NCBI GenBank assembly: GCA_963844295.1
Contig: CAWJNR010000004.1
Location: 281,306 to 345,305 of the forward strand
Source of the DNA: an uncultured Actinomycetota bacterium
Lineage (GTDB): Bacteria > Actinomycetota > Actinomycetes > Mycobacteriales > SCTD01
Reading direction: 5' to 3'
Length of the DNA: 64,000 bases
The notes under the pieces: generated by a model
Database searches by the model: none
What the model saw: the letters and a program-made list of their open reading frames with translations, nothing else
What the model was told of the DNA's origin: nothing
Part shown: piece after piece, positions 31,887 through 40,670 of the stretch
Layout of the letters: every line of letters begins with the position of its first letter
Numbering within the stretch: the first letter of the stretch is position 1
Position numbers and translations under genes: made by a program

Positions 31887-33235
31887 CGCTGCACCACCAC
31901 GCAGGCGCGCAGCAGCGGAGCCACGCTGTCCGCCTCCGGCAGGCCCCGGACCTGGTCCACGACCGCGCTCGCGCCGTCGGCTCCGAGCAGGGGAGTGGTG
32001 AGCAGGACGAACTTGTGCTCCACCTCGGCCGCGGTCATCCGGCGCTCGCGGGTGCCGCGGGCCTTGGTCCTCGCGCTGAGCCGGGTGCCGTCGTTCAGCA
32101 CGACCACCACCTCGGCCTCGTCCCGCGGCGTGTCGTCGAGGGAGGTGCCGGTGATGCGAGAGCGGAGGTCGACCACGTCGGTGCGTCCGACCCAGTCGTC
32201 CTCGAAGTGCGCGGGCAGGAGCGAGCCGGTCAGCAGCGCCGTGGCCGTGGCGTGGAAGACGCTGAACTTGGACTGCAGTCCGTCGCTGGGGGCCGCGTTG
32301 CCGGTGATGCTCAGCGCCAGCGGGTTGACGAGGAGCTCGACGGTGGCGATGTCGGCCGCCCGGACCCCCTGGTCCAGAAGGGCCAGGGCGGCGTCGACCG
32401 CGGGGTGGATGACGACACCGCACGGGTACGGCTTGGGGTCCCAGTCGAGCATCCGGAGCCGGTCGCCCAGGTCGTCGGCCAGTCCCGGGGCCTCGGGCGC
32501 TCCGTGGGTGAGGAAGTAGCCGTCCCCCGGCTGCTCGAGGATCGTCGTGGAGGACGTGAGACCGCGGCGGGCGGCGACGGCGGCCAGGACGCCGTTCTGC
32601 GCCGCGTGGGCCGGGTTCATGGCCTTGGTCATCGTCCCCCGGTGACCGCGCAGCCCGCTCGAGAGGGTGCTCGCGATGCCGAGCGCGAAGGTCGTCTGGT
32701 CCGGCGTGAGGCCCATGAGCCGGGCGGCGGCCATGGCCGCGCCCATCGCTCCGGCCGTGCCGGTCAGGTGCCACCCGTGCGCCTGCTGCGCGCCGGCGGC
32801 GATGGCCACGCGAGACGTGACCTCGAGCCCGACGGCGTGGGCCGTCAGCAGCTGGAGCCCGCTGGCCCCCTCGTGCTCGGCCACGGCCAGCGCGGCCGCC
32901 GTGACCGGGGCGTTGACGTGGACGATCGCGTCGAAGTGCGTGTCGTCGAAGTCGAGCACGTGGGAGACGTAGGCGTTGTGCAGGGCGGCGAGAGCCGTGC
33001 TGGTGCGCTCGGTGCTGCCGAGCAGGGTCGCCTGGGGACGGCCCGCGAGGTCCTCGACGACGCCCGCCATCCGGCGGCTCGCGTCGTGGTCGAGCCCGGC
33101 CAGGCCGACGCCGACGGTGTCCAGGATCCCCTGTGCCGACTTGGTCAACGCCTCGGCGGGGAGCCCGTCGGACGACACGGTCGAGGACCACTCCGCCAGG
33201 CGGCGGGTGGGCGCGATGCAGTTGGCCGGCGGCAC
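31883..33235 (-). CDS. MmgE/PrpD family protein (paralogue 5), first gene of the tctBAC-SDR operon
   Basis: HVLDFDDTHFDAIVHVNAPVTAAALAVAE, GWHLTGTAG, AMNPAHAAQNG and KPYPCGVVIHP. Its stop overlaps the tctB start by 4 nt. Confidence 0.9.
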   Translation of the reverse strand: MPPANCIAPTRRLAEWSSTVSSDGLPAEALTKSAQGILDTVGVGLAGLDHDASRRMAGVVEDLAGRPQATLLGSTERTSTALAALHNAYVSHVLDFDDTHFDAIVHVNAPVTAAALAVAEHEGASGLQLLTAHAVGLEVTSRVAIAAGAQQAHGWHLTGTAGAMGAAMAAARLMGLTPDQTTFALGIASTLSSGLRGHRGTMTKAMNPAHAAQNGVLAAVAARRGLTSSTTILEQPGDGYFLTHGAPEAPGLADDLGDRLRMLDWDPKPYPCGVVIHPAVDAALALLDQGVRAADIATVELLVNPLALSITGNAAPSDGLQSKFSVFHATATALLTGSLLPAHFEDDWVGRTDVVDLRSRITGTSLDDTPRDEAEVVVVLNDGTRLSARTKARGTRERRMTAAEVEHKFVLLTTPLLGADGASAVVDQVRGLPEADSVAPLLRACVVVQR

Positions 33236-33255
33236 GTGACCCTCCTCACTCTAAA

Positions 33256-33279
33256 TTCGATAAGATATATGGGTTCGAA
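33256..33279. promoter_or_regulatory. AT-rich box with TTCGA/TCGAA inverted arms in the divergent PrpD5 / GntR intergenic region
   Basis: TTCGATAAGATATATGGGTTCGAA is the lowest-GC spot for kilobases. It shares GATATA(T)GG(G)TT with the box at 18503-18512 in the other GntR/PrpD divergent region. Confidence 0.4.
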
Positions 33280-33432
33280 CGGTGTGGCAATCACCACGTC
33301 ATGCGACCGAGCCGCCCGCCGACGCTGGGGGCGCCCGGGCCGGCCGTGCGACGTGCATCTTGCATGCAATGTGGTCCAAAGGCTAGCGCCTACGTGAGGT
33401 GAGTCACGTGTCCCCCGCTGTACGGTCGTCCG

Positions 33433-34194
33433 ATGGCGGTCGGAAGGGGCGAGAAGGTCGGGGAAGGAAGCCGCTCGGTGTCGGACGCTCGGCCGGCCAA
33501 CGCGTCCGGGCTGCCGGTGCAGGAGCTGCGCCAGTACTACGGGGCTGACGGCCACGAGCGCGGGCGCACGACAGAGGCCGTGTCGGAGGCGCTGCGCGAG
33601 GCGATCATGGATGGCGTCCTGGCTCCGTCGGCATGGTTGCGCGAGGACGAGCTGGCGGCCGCCTTCCAGGTCAGCCGGACCCCGGTGCGCGAGGCCCTGC
33701 GCCGCTTGTCGGACGAGGGCCTGGCGGTCAAGACGGCGCACCACGGGACCGTCGTCGCTCCGCTGAGCCTCGAGGACATCCTGGCGCTCTACGTGGTGCG
33801 GGAGGACCTGGAAGGACTAGCGGCCCGCCTGGCGGCGGGTCGGCGGACCCCAGGGCTCATCGGGTCGCTGCAGGAGGTGCACGAGCAGATGATCGCCTCC
33901 GCCGAGCGGGGCGACGTCACCCTCATGGCCCGGCAGAACCTCGCCTTCCACCGCGTGCTGCGCGAGGCAGCGGGCAACCCCTACCTCGAGCGCTTCCTCA
34001 CGCAGGTCGAGCACGCGGTGCGTCGTGTCCCGTCGACCTTCACCCAGACGGGTCGCCCGGACACCGTGCTGGCCGAGCACGCCGCGGTGATCGAGGCGCT
34101 CGCGGCCGGCGACCCGGAAGGTGCCGAGCGCGCCGCGCGCCAGCACATGCGTCGTGCTCGCGAGGTGCGGCTGCAGTTCCTGCTCGGCTCGTGA
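33433..34194 (+). CDS. GntR family transcriptional regulator (FCD subfamily)
   Basis: LREDELAAAFQVSRTPVREALRRLSDEGL HTH plus an FCD domain (NLAFHRVLREAAGNPYL). The start is uncertain and could be downstream of 33433. Confidence 0.85.
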   Translation: MAVGRGEKVGEGSRSVSDARPANASGLPVQELRQYYGADGHERGRTTEAVSEALREAIMDGVLAPSAWLREDELAAAFQVSRTPVREALRRLSDEGLAVKTAHHGTVVAPLSLEDILALYVVREDLEGLAARLAAGRRTPGLIGSLQEVHEQMIASAERGDVTLMARQNLAFHRVLREAAGNPYLERFLTQVEHAVRRVPSTFTQTGRPDTVLAEHAAVIEALAAGDPEGAERAARQHMRRAREVRLQFLLGS

Positions 34195-34273
34195 AGCCGC
34201 GGTTCCCGACGACCGGACAGGCCCCACCTCGCGGCCGGTGCCACGTGCGCTGCCCTGAGGGCGCACCTCGCAG

Positions 34274-35632
34274 ATGACGAGCGTGCCTGCGCGTCGCGAC
34301 AGCGCACGACCCCCGGCGCCCGACGCCCCGGCGAAGGGATCCTGCACACTGCATCCTGTTGATCGGCCACGGCACTGGGACTCCCGTCCCTCGCCTACGA
34401 CGAACGGGAGCGCGGTGCCGCCCGGCGAACACCCAGGTACGGGCCCCGCCGTCCCGGAGGACCAACCCTCGGCTCTCGGGCTGCGGCTCTACCTCCCGAC
34501 CTTGTTCTTCGGCATCGGTCAGGGGGCCATCGCCCCTGTGGTGGCGCTGTCGGCGCTGCAGCGCGGCGCCTCGGTCAGCCAGGCGGGGCTCGTCGTCGCC
34601 ATGCTGGGCGTCGGCCAGCTCCTGGGGGACCTGCCCGCCGGGGCGCTGGCTGCCCGAGTCGGTGAACGGCGGGCCATGCTGGGCGCCACGGTGCTCGGCG
34701 TCGCCGCTCTCGTGGTCGCCGCCCTGACCGAGTCGCTGCCCCTGCTCGCGATCGCCATCACGGTCAACGGCTTCGCCACGGCGGTGTGGGGCCTCGCGCG
34801 GCAGAGCTACATCACCGACGTCGTGCCCGTGCGCATGCGCGCCCGGGCCCTGTCGACCCTGGCGGGGTCGCGGCGCTTCGGCTTCTTCGCGGGCCCGTTC
34901 CTGGGTGCGGCCGTCATCTCCGTGACCAGCACCGACGCCGGTTACTGGATCCACGTCGCGACATCGATGGCTGCGGCGGTGGTGCTGGTCGCGCTCCCGG
35001 ACCGCCGGGACGCCGCACCCGACCGCGAGGCGCGCCACGGCACGCGGGGTCCCTCCACTCTCCGCGTCGTACGCGAGAACCTGCACGTGCTGCGGACGCT
35101 GGGCTTCGCGGCCGTGCTCGTGGGAGCGACCCGCGCGTCCCGTCAGGCGGCACTGCCGCTGTGGGCCGCGCACCTTGGCCTGGACGCGGGAGCCGCGAGC
35201 CTGGTCTTCGGCATCGCCGGCTTCGCAGACCTGCTGCTGTTCTACCCTGCCGGCAAGGTCATGGACCTGTACGGCCGCCGGTGGATCGGCGTGCCGTCGA
35301 TGCTCGTGCTCGGGGCGTCGCTCGCGCTGCTCCCGCTGGCGCAGACGACCACCCCGTTCGTCGCGGTGGCCGTCCTGATGGGCATCGGCAACGGCATGAG
35401 CAGCGGCATCCTCATGGTGCTGGCCGCCGACGCCTCCCCCGCCATAGGGCGGTCCCAGTTCCTGGGCGCGTGGCGGTTGTGCTCCGACGCCGGCAACGGT
35501 GCCGGCCCCCTCGTCCTCGCCGGCGTTGCCGCCGCCACCGCTCTTGCACCCGCTCTGGTCACCACCGGCGTACTCGGCCTGGCTTCCGCCGCGGCTCTGC
35601 AGCGGTGGATCCCGCGGCGACCTGACGGTTAG
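34274..35632 (+). CDS. MFS transporter
   Basis: About 12 predicted TM helices. MFS loop motif GALAARVGERRAM. The start is uncertain. Confidence 0.8.
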   Translation: MTSVPARRDSARPPAPDAPAKGSCTLHPVDRPRHWDSRPSPTTNGSAVPPGEHPGTGPAVPEDQPSALGLRLYLPTLFFGIGQGAIAPVVALSALQRGASVSQAGLVVAMLGVGQLLGDLPAGALAARVGERRAMLGATVLGVAALVVAALTESLPLLAIAITVNGFATAVWGLARQSYITDVVPVRMRARALSTLAGSRRFGFFAGPFLGAAVISVTSTDAGYWIHVATSMAAAVVLVALPDRRDAAPDREARHGTRGPSTLRVVRENLHVLRTLGFAAVLVGATRASRQAALPLWAAHLGLDAGAASLVFGIAGFADLLLFYPAGKVMDLYGRRWIGVPSMLVLGASLALLPLAQTTTPFVAVAVLMGIGNGMSSGILMVLAADASPAIGRSQFLGAWRLCSDAGNGAGPLVLAGVAAATALAPALVTTGVLGLASAAALQRWIPRRPDG

Positions 35633-35753
35633 CATGCCGCCTCGTCGGCTCGTCATCCACAGGCTGTGACCTCGTGGTGCCGCTGCGCGCCCGCCGGGTC
35701 CAGGTTCAGCCAGTCGTCCGGCTGCGGGCGCACGGGACAGGACGGGAGCGCGG

Positions 35754-36185
35754 GTGGTCGGCGTCGTCGGCGGACCGGCCAGCACCGGCTACGACCACGT
35801 CGAGGCCGAGGTCCGGGAACTGGTCCGCCGTCGGGGGCTCGACCCGATCGAGGACCGGGTCGCGATGCGCCGACTGGTCGACGACGTGGTCAACGACTAC
35901 GACGAGCGGGCGCTGACGTCGTCGCTGCCGCCGCTGCCCGACGCCCGCTCGGCCGCCCGCGCCGTCTACGACGCCGTCGCCGGCTTCGGCCCGTTGCAGC
36001 GCCACCTCGACGACCCGACGGTCGAGGAGATCTGGATCAACGAGCCGGGGCGCGTCTTCGTCGCCCGACGTGGTCGTTCCGAGCTCACCACGACGATCCT
36101 GAACGACGGCCAGGTCCGCGACCTCGTCGAGAAGATGCTGAAGACCACCGGCCGACGGGTCGACCTGTCGACGCCGTTCGCATAG
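35754..36185 (+). pseudogene. cpaF: CpaF/TadA-family pilus-assembly (type II/IV secretion) ATPase, 5-prime fragment of 142 codons
   Basis: GFGPLQRHLDDPTVEEIWINEPGRVFVARRGRSELTTTILNDGQVRDLVEKMLKTTGRRVDLSTPF is the conserved N-terminal domain. It stops abruptly at TAG 36183-36185, where family members continue VDAxLPDGSRL. That continuation is found at 40614. Confidence 0.8.
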
Positions 36186-36453
36186 CCGAGCCAACATGCG
36201 CAAGGAACGCGCTTGATCCTCGGCTGACGCGCTCTCGGCGCGAAGCGTCCTTCCCGACCGGCATCGGGTGCTCACCGACCCGAGGCGCCGGCCGGGTAGA
36301 CGCCGCTCACTACGACCGCTCGGCCGTTCAGCGGAGCCAGCAGTGCTGCCGACGCACGGCAGGACCCGCTACAGACGCGACGTACCGAACGATTCACCCG
36401 CGGTCACCCAGCGAACACGCCAGGCAACATGACTAGCCCTGGGCGTTTAGCGC

Positions 36454-36474
36454 GTTGAGAGAATCTCAACGCCG
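36454..36474. promoter_or_regulatory. perfect 9-bp inverted repeat GCGTTGAGA-gaa-TCTCAACGC upstream of the surface-protein gene
   Basis: Read directly. It lies in the 465-nt non-coding left arm of the insertion, about 180 nt upstream of the GTG at 36651. It could be an operator or a hairpin. Confidence 0.4.
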
Positions 36475-36650
36475 ACTGGTCCGGATGGCTCATGTGCACC
36501 GGATGTCCGATCTCTAACTTCGGACGGGACAGACCGTGACGCAGTGATCCGGGACCATTACTTGGTCGCCTTGGCCCCGGGGAGCGAGTGGCGAACCCGA
36601 CGCGGTTCAGCAAGGGGCGGTGACGCCTCTTCAGCCCCTCAGGAGACCTC

Positions 36651-38869
36651 GTGCGTCGTACAGGCAAGGCAGTCGGAGTAGTCGCGGCGGCAACGTCGCT
36701 GGTCATGATCGGTGGCGGGCTTGCTCTTCGCCGACACGTTGCAGGACTCCATCGAAGACTCGGGCACGGGGGTGGCGCTGGTCGCCGGGTCATCCACCAG
36801 CGGTAGCGCCACGATCCGTGTCGTCGGCAACAATGCCGCAGGTGACCCGGACCCCGGCTGCAACATCGACGCTGGCGAAAACCCGCTCAGACTTGACGTT
36901 GTGACGCCGGAGGGTGTCACGGCCAACCCTGACCCCTTGTCGATCACAGCTTGTGGTGAAGACTTCACAGTCACCTTCACCGCCAGCGCCAGCGCGGTCA
37001 GTGGCCACGCAACCGTCCGGGTCCTGTCCGGGCCGGCCGGCGGTGGCACATACGTCAACCAGGTCGACATCCCCATCACAGTGACGCAGGCCAACGCGAA
37101 GCCCGTCGTGTCCGTGAACGGGGTCACTCCCGGCACCAGCTACGTCCTTGGGGCGGTGCCGACCGCTACCTGCTCTGTCACGGACGCCGAGACGGCGAGC
37201 ATCCCGTCCTTCACCGCTGCGCTGAGCGGCGAGCTGACCGCCGGGCTCGGCACTCAGACTGCGACGTGCGACTACACCGACGCTGGCGGCCTGAAGGCCG
37301 ACACCAAGACGGTCACCTACTCCATCGTCGCGCCGCCGAACACCAAGCCGACGGTCGCCGTGCGCGGGGTCACCGACGGCGCGAGCTACGAGATCGGTGC
37401 TGTCCCGGCCGCGACCTGCGACGTCACCGACGCTGAGGACGGCAACAGCAGCAAGGCAGCTGTTCTGAGCGGCGTCCTGTCACACGGTCTGGGCAGCCAG
37501 ACCGCTACGTGTGACTACACCGACGCGGGCGGCCTGCAGGCGGACACCCAGTCGGACACGTACACCGTCGTCGACACCGGCAAGCCCACGATCACGCACA
37601 CCCTGACGCCGGCTGCCGGACCGAACGCGGCTGGTTGGTACAACGAAGACGTCACCGTGGACTTCACCTGCGACGACGAAGGCGGCTCCGGCATCGCCTC
37701 CTGCGTGGGTGACACGACCTTGGGAGACGGTGCGAACCAGTCCGTCGACTGGGACGGCCACCGACTGGGCGGGCAACACCGCCACCGACGAGGTGTCCGG
37801 CATCAACGTCGACACCAGCGCCCCCAACGCGCCGACCGCAGTGCTGAGCCCGGCCCCGAACGGCGCCGGCTGGAACAACACCAACCTGGTCGTCGACTTC
37901 ACCGCCGTCGGTGACAACGGCCCCAGCGGAGTCGCCAGCTGCACCGCCGACGTTCCGGTCAGCACCGAGACGGCGAGTCAGACCGTCAGCGGCACCTGCA
38001 CCGACAACGCCGGCAACGTCAGCGCCGCCACCGAGGTGACCGTCAAGCTGGACAAGACCGGCCCCGTCATCAGCAACACGGTTACGGTTACGGGCGACGA
38101 GGGCGCCAACGGCTGGTACACCTCCAACGTGGAGGTCATCTTCACCGCGATCGACGCGCTGTCGGGGCTGACCGCCGCCAGCAAGTCGGTGACCAGCAGT
38201 GGACAGGGCGCCGCCGTGCAGGTTCAGAGCCCAGCGTTCACCGACCTCGCCGACAACACCACCGACGCTGGGGACGTCACCAAGTCCTACAAGATCGACC
38301 TGACGAACCCCACCGCTGCCTTCGACAGCACCATCGGCTCGGTGTACTTCGGGTCCGTCCCGACTGCCCCGACCTGCACCGCCACTGATGGGCAGTCCGG
38401 CCCGGCCGGTTGCGAGGTGGCTGGCTACAACACCACCGTCGGCACGCACACCCTCACGGCTACGGCCACGGACAACGCCGGCCGCACCAGCACCACGCAG
38501 CAGACGTACACCGTTAAGGCGTGGACGCTGAGCGGCTTTTACCAGCCGGTCGACATGGGCGGTGTCTGGAACACCGTCAAGGGCGGCAGCACGGTCCCGC
38601 TGAAGTTCGAGATCTTCAGCGACAAGACCGAGCTCACCACCACCGGCGCAGTCAAGACCTTCACCCAGAAGGCCATCGCCTGCCCGAACGCCGCAGCAGT
38701 GGACGAGATCGAGATCGTGAGCACCGGAGGCACCACCCTGCGCTATGACGCCACGGGTGGCCAGTTCATCCAGAACTGGGCAACTCCCCGGACGCCTGGC
38801 GCCTGCTACGTCGTCACGATGACCGCCCTGGACGGTTCGCAGATCACGGCGAACTTCAAGCTCAAGTAG
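36651..38869 (+). pseudogene. secreted multi-domain Ig-like / PxKF-domain surface protein, two apparent frameshifts
   Basis: GGAG RBS plus GTG gives signal peptide VRRTGKAVGVVAAATSLVMIGG in frame 3. The body is in frame 1 from about 36712 and in frame 2 from about 37745. Contains two tandem ~80-aa repeats, three GW(Y/N)xxxVxVxF..D..SG modules, and a C-terminal WTLSGFYQPVDM...STVPLKFEIF...LRYD..GQFIQNW (P-x-K-F motif). Confidence 0.7.
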
Positions 38870-38887
38870 GAACAGCGCGGAACGATG

Positions 38888-38913
38888 CCCCACCCGGCAC
38901 CTGCCGGGTGGGG
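38888..38913 (+). terminator. 12-bp GC-rich hairpin downstream of the surface-protein gene
   Basis: CCCCACCCGGCA-CC-TGCCGGGTGGGG read directly. It starts 19 nt after the TAG stop. Confidence 0.6.
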
Positions 38914-38981
38914 CCTCGGCCTTCCATCGAACCGGCCGCAGCTGCCCTGGACGGACAGCTACCAGCAGCTAGGAGCTCGGC

Positions 38982-39464
38982 TTGAATCGCGACGGCGAGA
39001 CAGTGCTGGTGGCGTCGGACATGCCAGAGCAGCGTGCGTGCACACCGTCGCTCGACTCGTCGGGTGAGGATGGCCTTGCGTTGAGCGAGGCGGCGCAGCT
39101 GTACGACGTGTCACTGCGCTCGCTTCGCCGGCTGATCACGCTCGGGGGGATCCCAGCCCACAAGATCAAGGGCGCGCGAGGTCAGGAATGGCGCGTCACG
39201 GCCGCCACGTTGGACGCCGCTGGCTACGCCCCTCGCCTCATCGACCTCACCCAGGCGGAGGACCCGAACAGCTCGGAGGTCAGGCGGCTGACGCAGGCGC
39301 TCGTCGCTGCCCAGGCGCGCAACGCCGAGCTCGATGGTCGACTCGGCTACGCCCTTCTGACCGTGGGGCGACTGCGTGGACGACTTCGAGACGCGGGCAT
39401 CAACCCCGACGAGCTATTCGGCGCCGACCTTGAGGCGGAGGAAGCCCCACACGGGGAGCGTTGA
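38982..39464 (+). CDS. helix-turn-helix (MerR/excisionase-type) DNA-binding protein with coiled-coil tail
   Basis: LSEAAQLYDVSLRSLRRLITLGGIPAHKIKGARGQEWRV is the HTH_17/excisionase signature. The C-terminal part is helical (RRLTQALVAAQARNAELDGRLG). Confidence 0.65.
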   Translation: MNRDGETVLVASDMPEQRACTPSLDSSGEDGLALSEAAQLYDVSLRSLRRLITLGGIPAHKIKGARGQEWRVTAATLDAAGYAPRLIDLTQAEDPNSSEVRRLTQALVAAQARNAELDGRLGYALLTVGRLRGRLRDAGINPDELFGADLEAEEAPHGER

Positions 39465-39511
39465 TCCGCACCTGCGACGTCCAGGCTCGCGTGACGTTCG
39501 ACGGTCCTGTC

Positions 39512-39770
39512 ATGGGCGAAGCTGACGCGAGGGAGCCACGGTTCATGCGCCTGTCCGACGTCGCCGGCGAGCTCGACGGGAGCATGAGCCAGGTCCAGGC
39601 ACTGGTGCGCTCAGGCGATCTACCTGCCATCAAGATCGGCGCGGGGCTTCTGGCGGGTGGAGCGGGCCGTGCTAGAGGAGTGGATCGCGCGCATCTACGC
39701 CAGCACACGGGCTGCCATGGTGGCCGAGGAGTTGAGGGTGCCTCCAGAGGTTGGCTTGAACGGTCTTTAG
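39512..39770 (+). pseudogene. excisionase-family HTH protein, one apparent frameshift
   Basis: RFMRLSDVAGELDGSMSQVQALVRSGDLPAIKIG in frame 2 continues as GRGFWRVERAVLEEWIARIYA in frame 3. The shift is at a G-run at about 39640-39648; stop at 39768-39770. Confidence 0.6.
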
Positions 39771-39983
39771 CTCAATGCTGTTGGCTTCGCTCGCCTCGCA
39801 CCGAGTCGCCGTCAGCACCTCGGTGGGACCGTCGACGCGGCTGCCTCCTGTGGCTACGGTCGCGGGTGGCCAGGTGAGGGAGGGCCGCATGACGACGGGG
39901 ACGGTGTACCCACATCCACGCTTGCAGGAGGTCCTGCTCGCGGCCTCCGGCCGTGCCCGAACTTCAAAGGCCCCTGCGCGGAG

Positions 39984-40613
39984 ATGCGTTGGACGCCAGA
40001 GGCAGGTCACGCCCCGCGTGGCTTCGCGGGCGCTACCGGCGAGCTCGCGGACGTCCGGCTGGTCCTGGTGTGTGCGGAGCCGGGAGACCCTCAGGCATGG
40101 GAGCGCTACGACGGACGCTCGGGTGAGGACCTCCTGCGGGCGACCCACGACTTTACGTACGCCTCGTTCCGCGACGGTACTGACCAGTTCCACCGGAACG
40201 TGCGTCTGATCCTCGACATGTGCTTCCCGGGTGGGGCCTGTGATGAGCAACTAGAGCAAGCCTGGATCACGGAGTCCGTCCTGTGCTCAGCTCGCGTTGA
40301 GAGCGGTTCCGTCTCCGCCGCCGCAGCCAGGACCTGCAGGTCGACCTACCTGCAACGCGAACTTGATCTGCTCCCGAACGCGGTCGTTGTCGCCCTCGGG
40401 GCAAAGGCGCGCGACCGCATGAGAGGGATCAAGGGGGAAGTAGTGGACGCCGTTGCGGCTGCGCCGCCAGGCTGCAACCGACGGGACGCTCGCGCCTCCT
40501 GGAAGGCAGCGGCCGCTCGCGTCCGGGACACAGCGTCGGGGGCGGGCGTCTCCTGCACCGTGGCCTCGGCTGCCACCGTGAACGGCACCGACGCACCCGT
40601 TGGCATCGGTCCA
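39984..40613 (+). CDS. uracil-DNA-glycosylase-superfamily-like protein (uncharacterised subfamily)
   Basis: GHAPRGFAGATGELADVRLVLVCAEPGDP resembles UDG motif A (GE-PG). LPNAVVVALGAKA and AAAPPGCN fall at the motif-B position. A possible longer N-terminus from the ATG at 39889 would need another frameshift. The ORF runs without a stop into the cpaF fragment at 40614. Confidence 0.45.
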
Positions 40614-40670
40614 CCCTTCGTCGACGCGATGCTGCCCGACGGCTCGCGGCTGCACGTCGTGATTCCCGAC
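40614..40670 (+). pseudogene. cpaF: 19-codon internal fragment of cpaF/tadA (PFVDAMLPDGSRLHVVIPD)
   Basis: This is the exact continuation expected after ...DLSTPF at 36179. Similarity to the family ends after VIPD, where the sequence becomes LASSVRGPGPGETVNLF-stop instead of the conserved I-x-R..W.VNIRKF. Confidence 0.6.

Larger units (their letters stand above)
36181..40613 (+). mobile_element. 4.44-kb insertion splitting cpaF; no recombinase gene; possible imperfect terminal inverted repeats and a CCNTTCG flanking duplication
   Basis: cpaF codons ...TPF end at 36179 and resume as PFVDAMLPDGSRLHVVIPD at 40614. CCGTTCG (36174-36180) and CCCTTCG (40614-40620) flank the insert. The ends read CATAGCCGAGCCAACATGCG versus (reverse complement) TGGACCGATGCCAACGGGTGCG, with GCCAAC at an identical offset. 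Confidence 0.5.
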
